From a virus (lineage: Duplodnaviria; Caudoviricetes), in IMG/VR virus record IMGVR_UViG_3300033996_001106, positions 1 through 33,814 of that record: DNA of 33,814 nt. The stretch is one strand, 5' to 3'. The notes beneath the pieces are model-generated. The model saw only the letters and a program-made list of their open reading frames with translations. It did no database searches and was not told the origin of the DNA. Every line of letters begins with the position of its first letter. Position 1 is the first letter of the stretch. Shown one piece after another: positions 33,683-33,814 of the stretch. The translations under genes were made by a program, and so were the position numbers.

Positions 33683-33814
33683 GCCAATTCCTACACACAT
33701 TTAGTACCTATCCGACTTGTTTTTGCGGTGCGTTCACGGCGAGCATTGAAAAAAAACAAGGGATTTGTGCTGTGATGCCTCCGAAGTCATTGACGCCTAA
33801 CGCGTCCAGTGTTA

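Larger units (their letters stand above)
1..33814. mobile_element. Temperate phage genome (P22-like podovirus layout with lambdoid early region), excised/circular form
   Basis: Complete gene set (int/xis, cI/cro, O/P, Q, TerS/TerL, portal, scaffold, MCP, tail, lysis); no host genes; att core is internal with phage genes on both sides; the same operator motif occurs at both window ends; no tape-measure or sheath gene. Confidence 0.93.

Overview
The window reads as an essentially complete, circularly permuted genome (33.8 kb, high GC) of a temperate, short-tailed (P22-like podovirus architecture) phage of a proteobacterial host, opened between the repressor gene and the early-left promoter. + strand, early-left operon (229-5565): hypotheticals, ERF recombinase, YqaJ exonuclease, SSB, two DNA-binding proteins, excisionase and tyrosine integrase. 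This is followed by an intact attP carrying the 3' half of tRNA-Leu(TAA). - strand: cro, replication O (with a 4-iteron origin) and P-like genes, nin-type genes (NinB, DUF1364, RusA, DUF3310) and a Q-like antiterminator. The late operon then runs TerS, TerL, portal, extra virion genes, scaffold, capsid, decoration protein, tailspike, head-tail proteins, GNAT, three ejection proteins, S74 tail fibre, M15 endolysin, holins, and a terminal metallophosphoesterase plus Zn-finger pair. The repressor has no autocleavage domain. Most notable: an unannotated 48-aa antisense membrane ORF abutting the ejection module (candidate superinfection exclusion), an ejection protein with an S74 autocleaving chaperone, and a switch with a non-cleavable, apparently leaderless repressor. 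All family calls are from motif recognition by eye; no searches were run.
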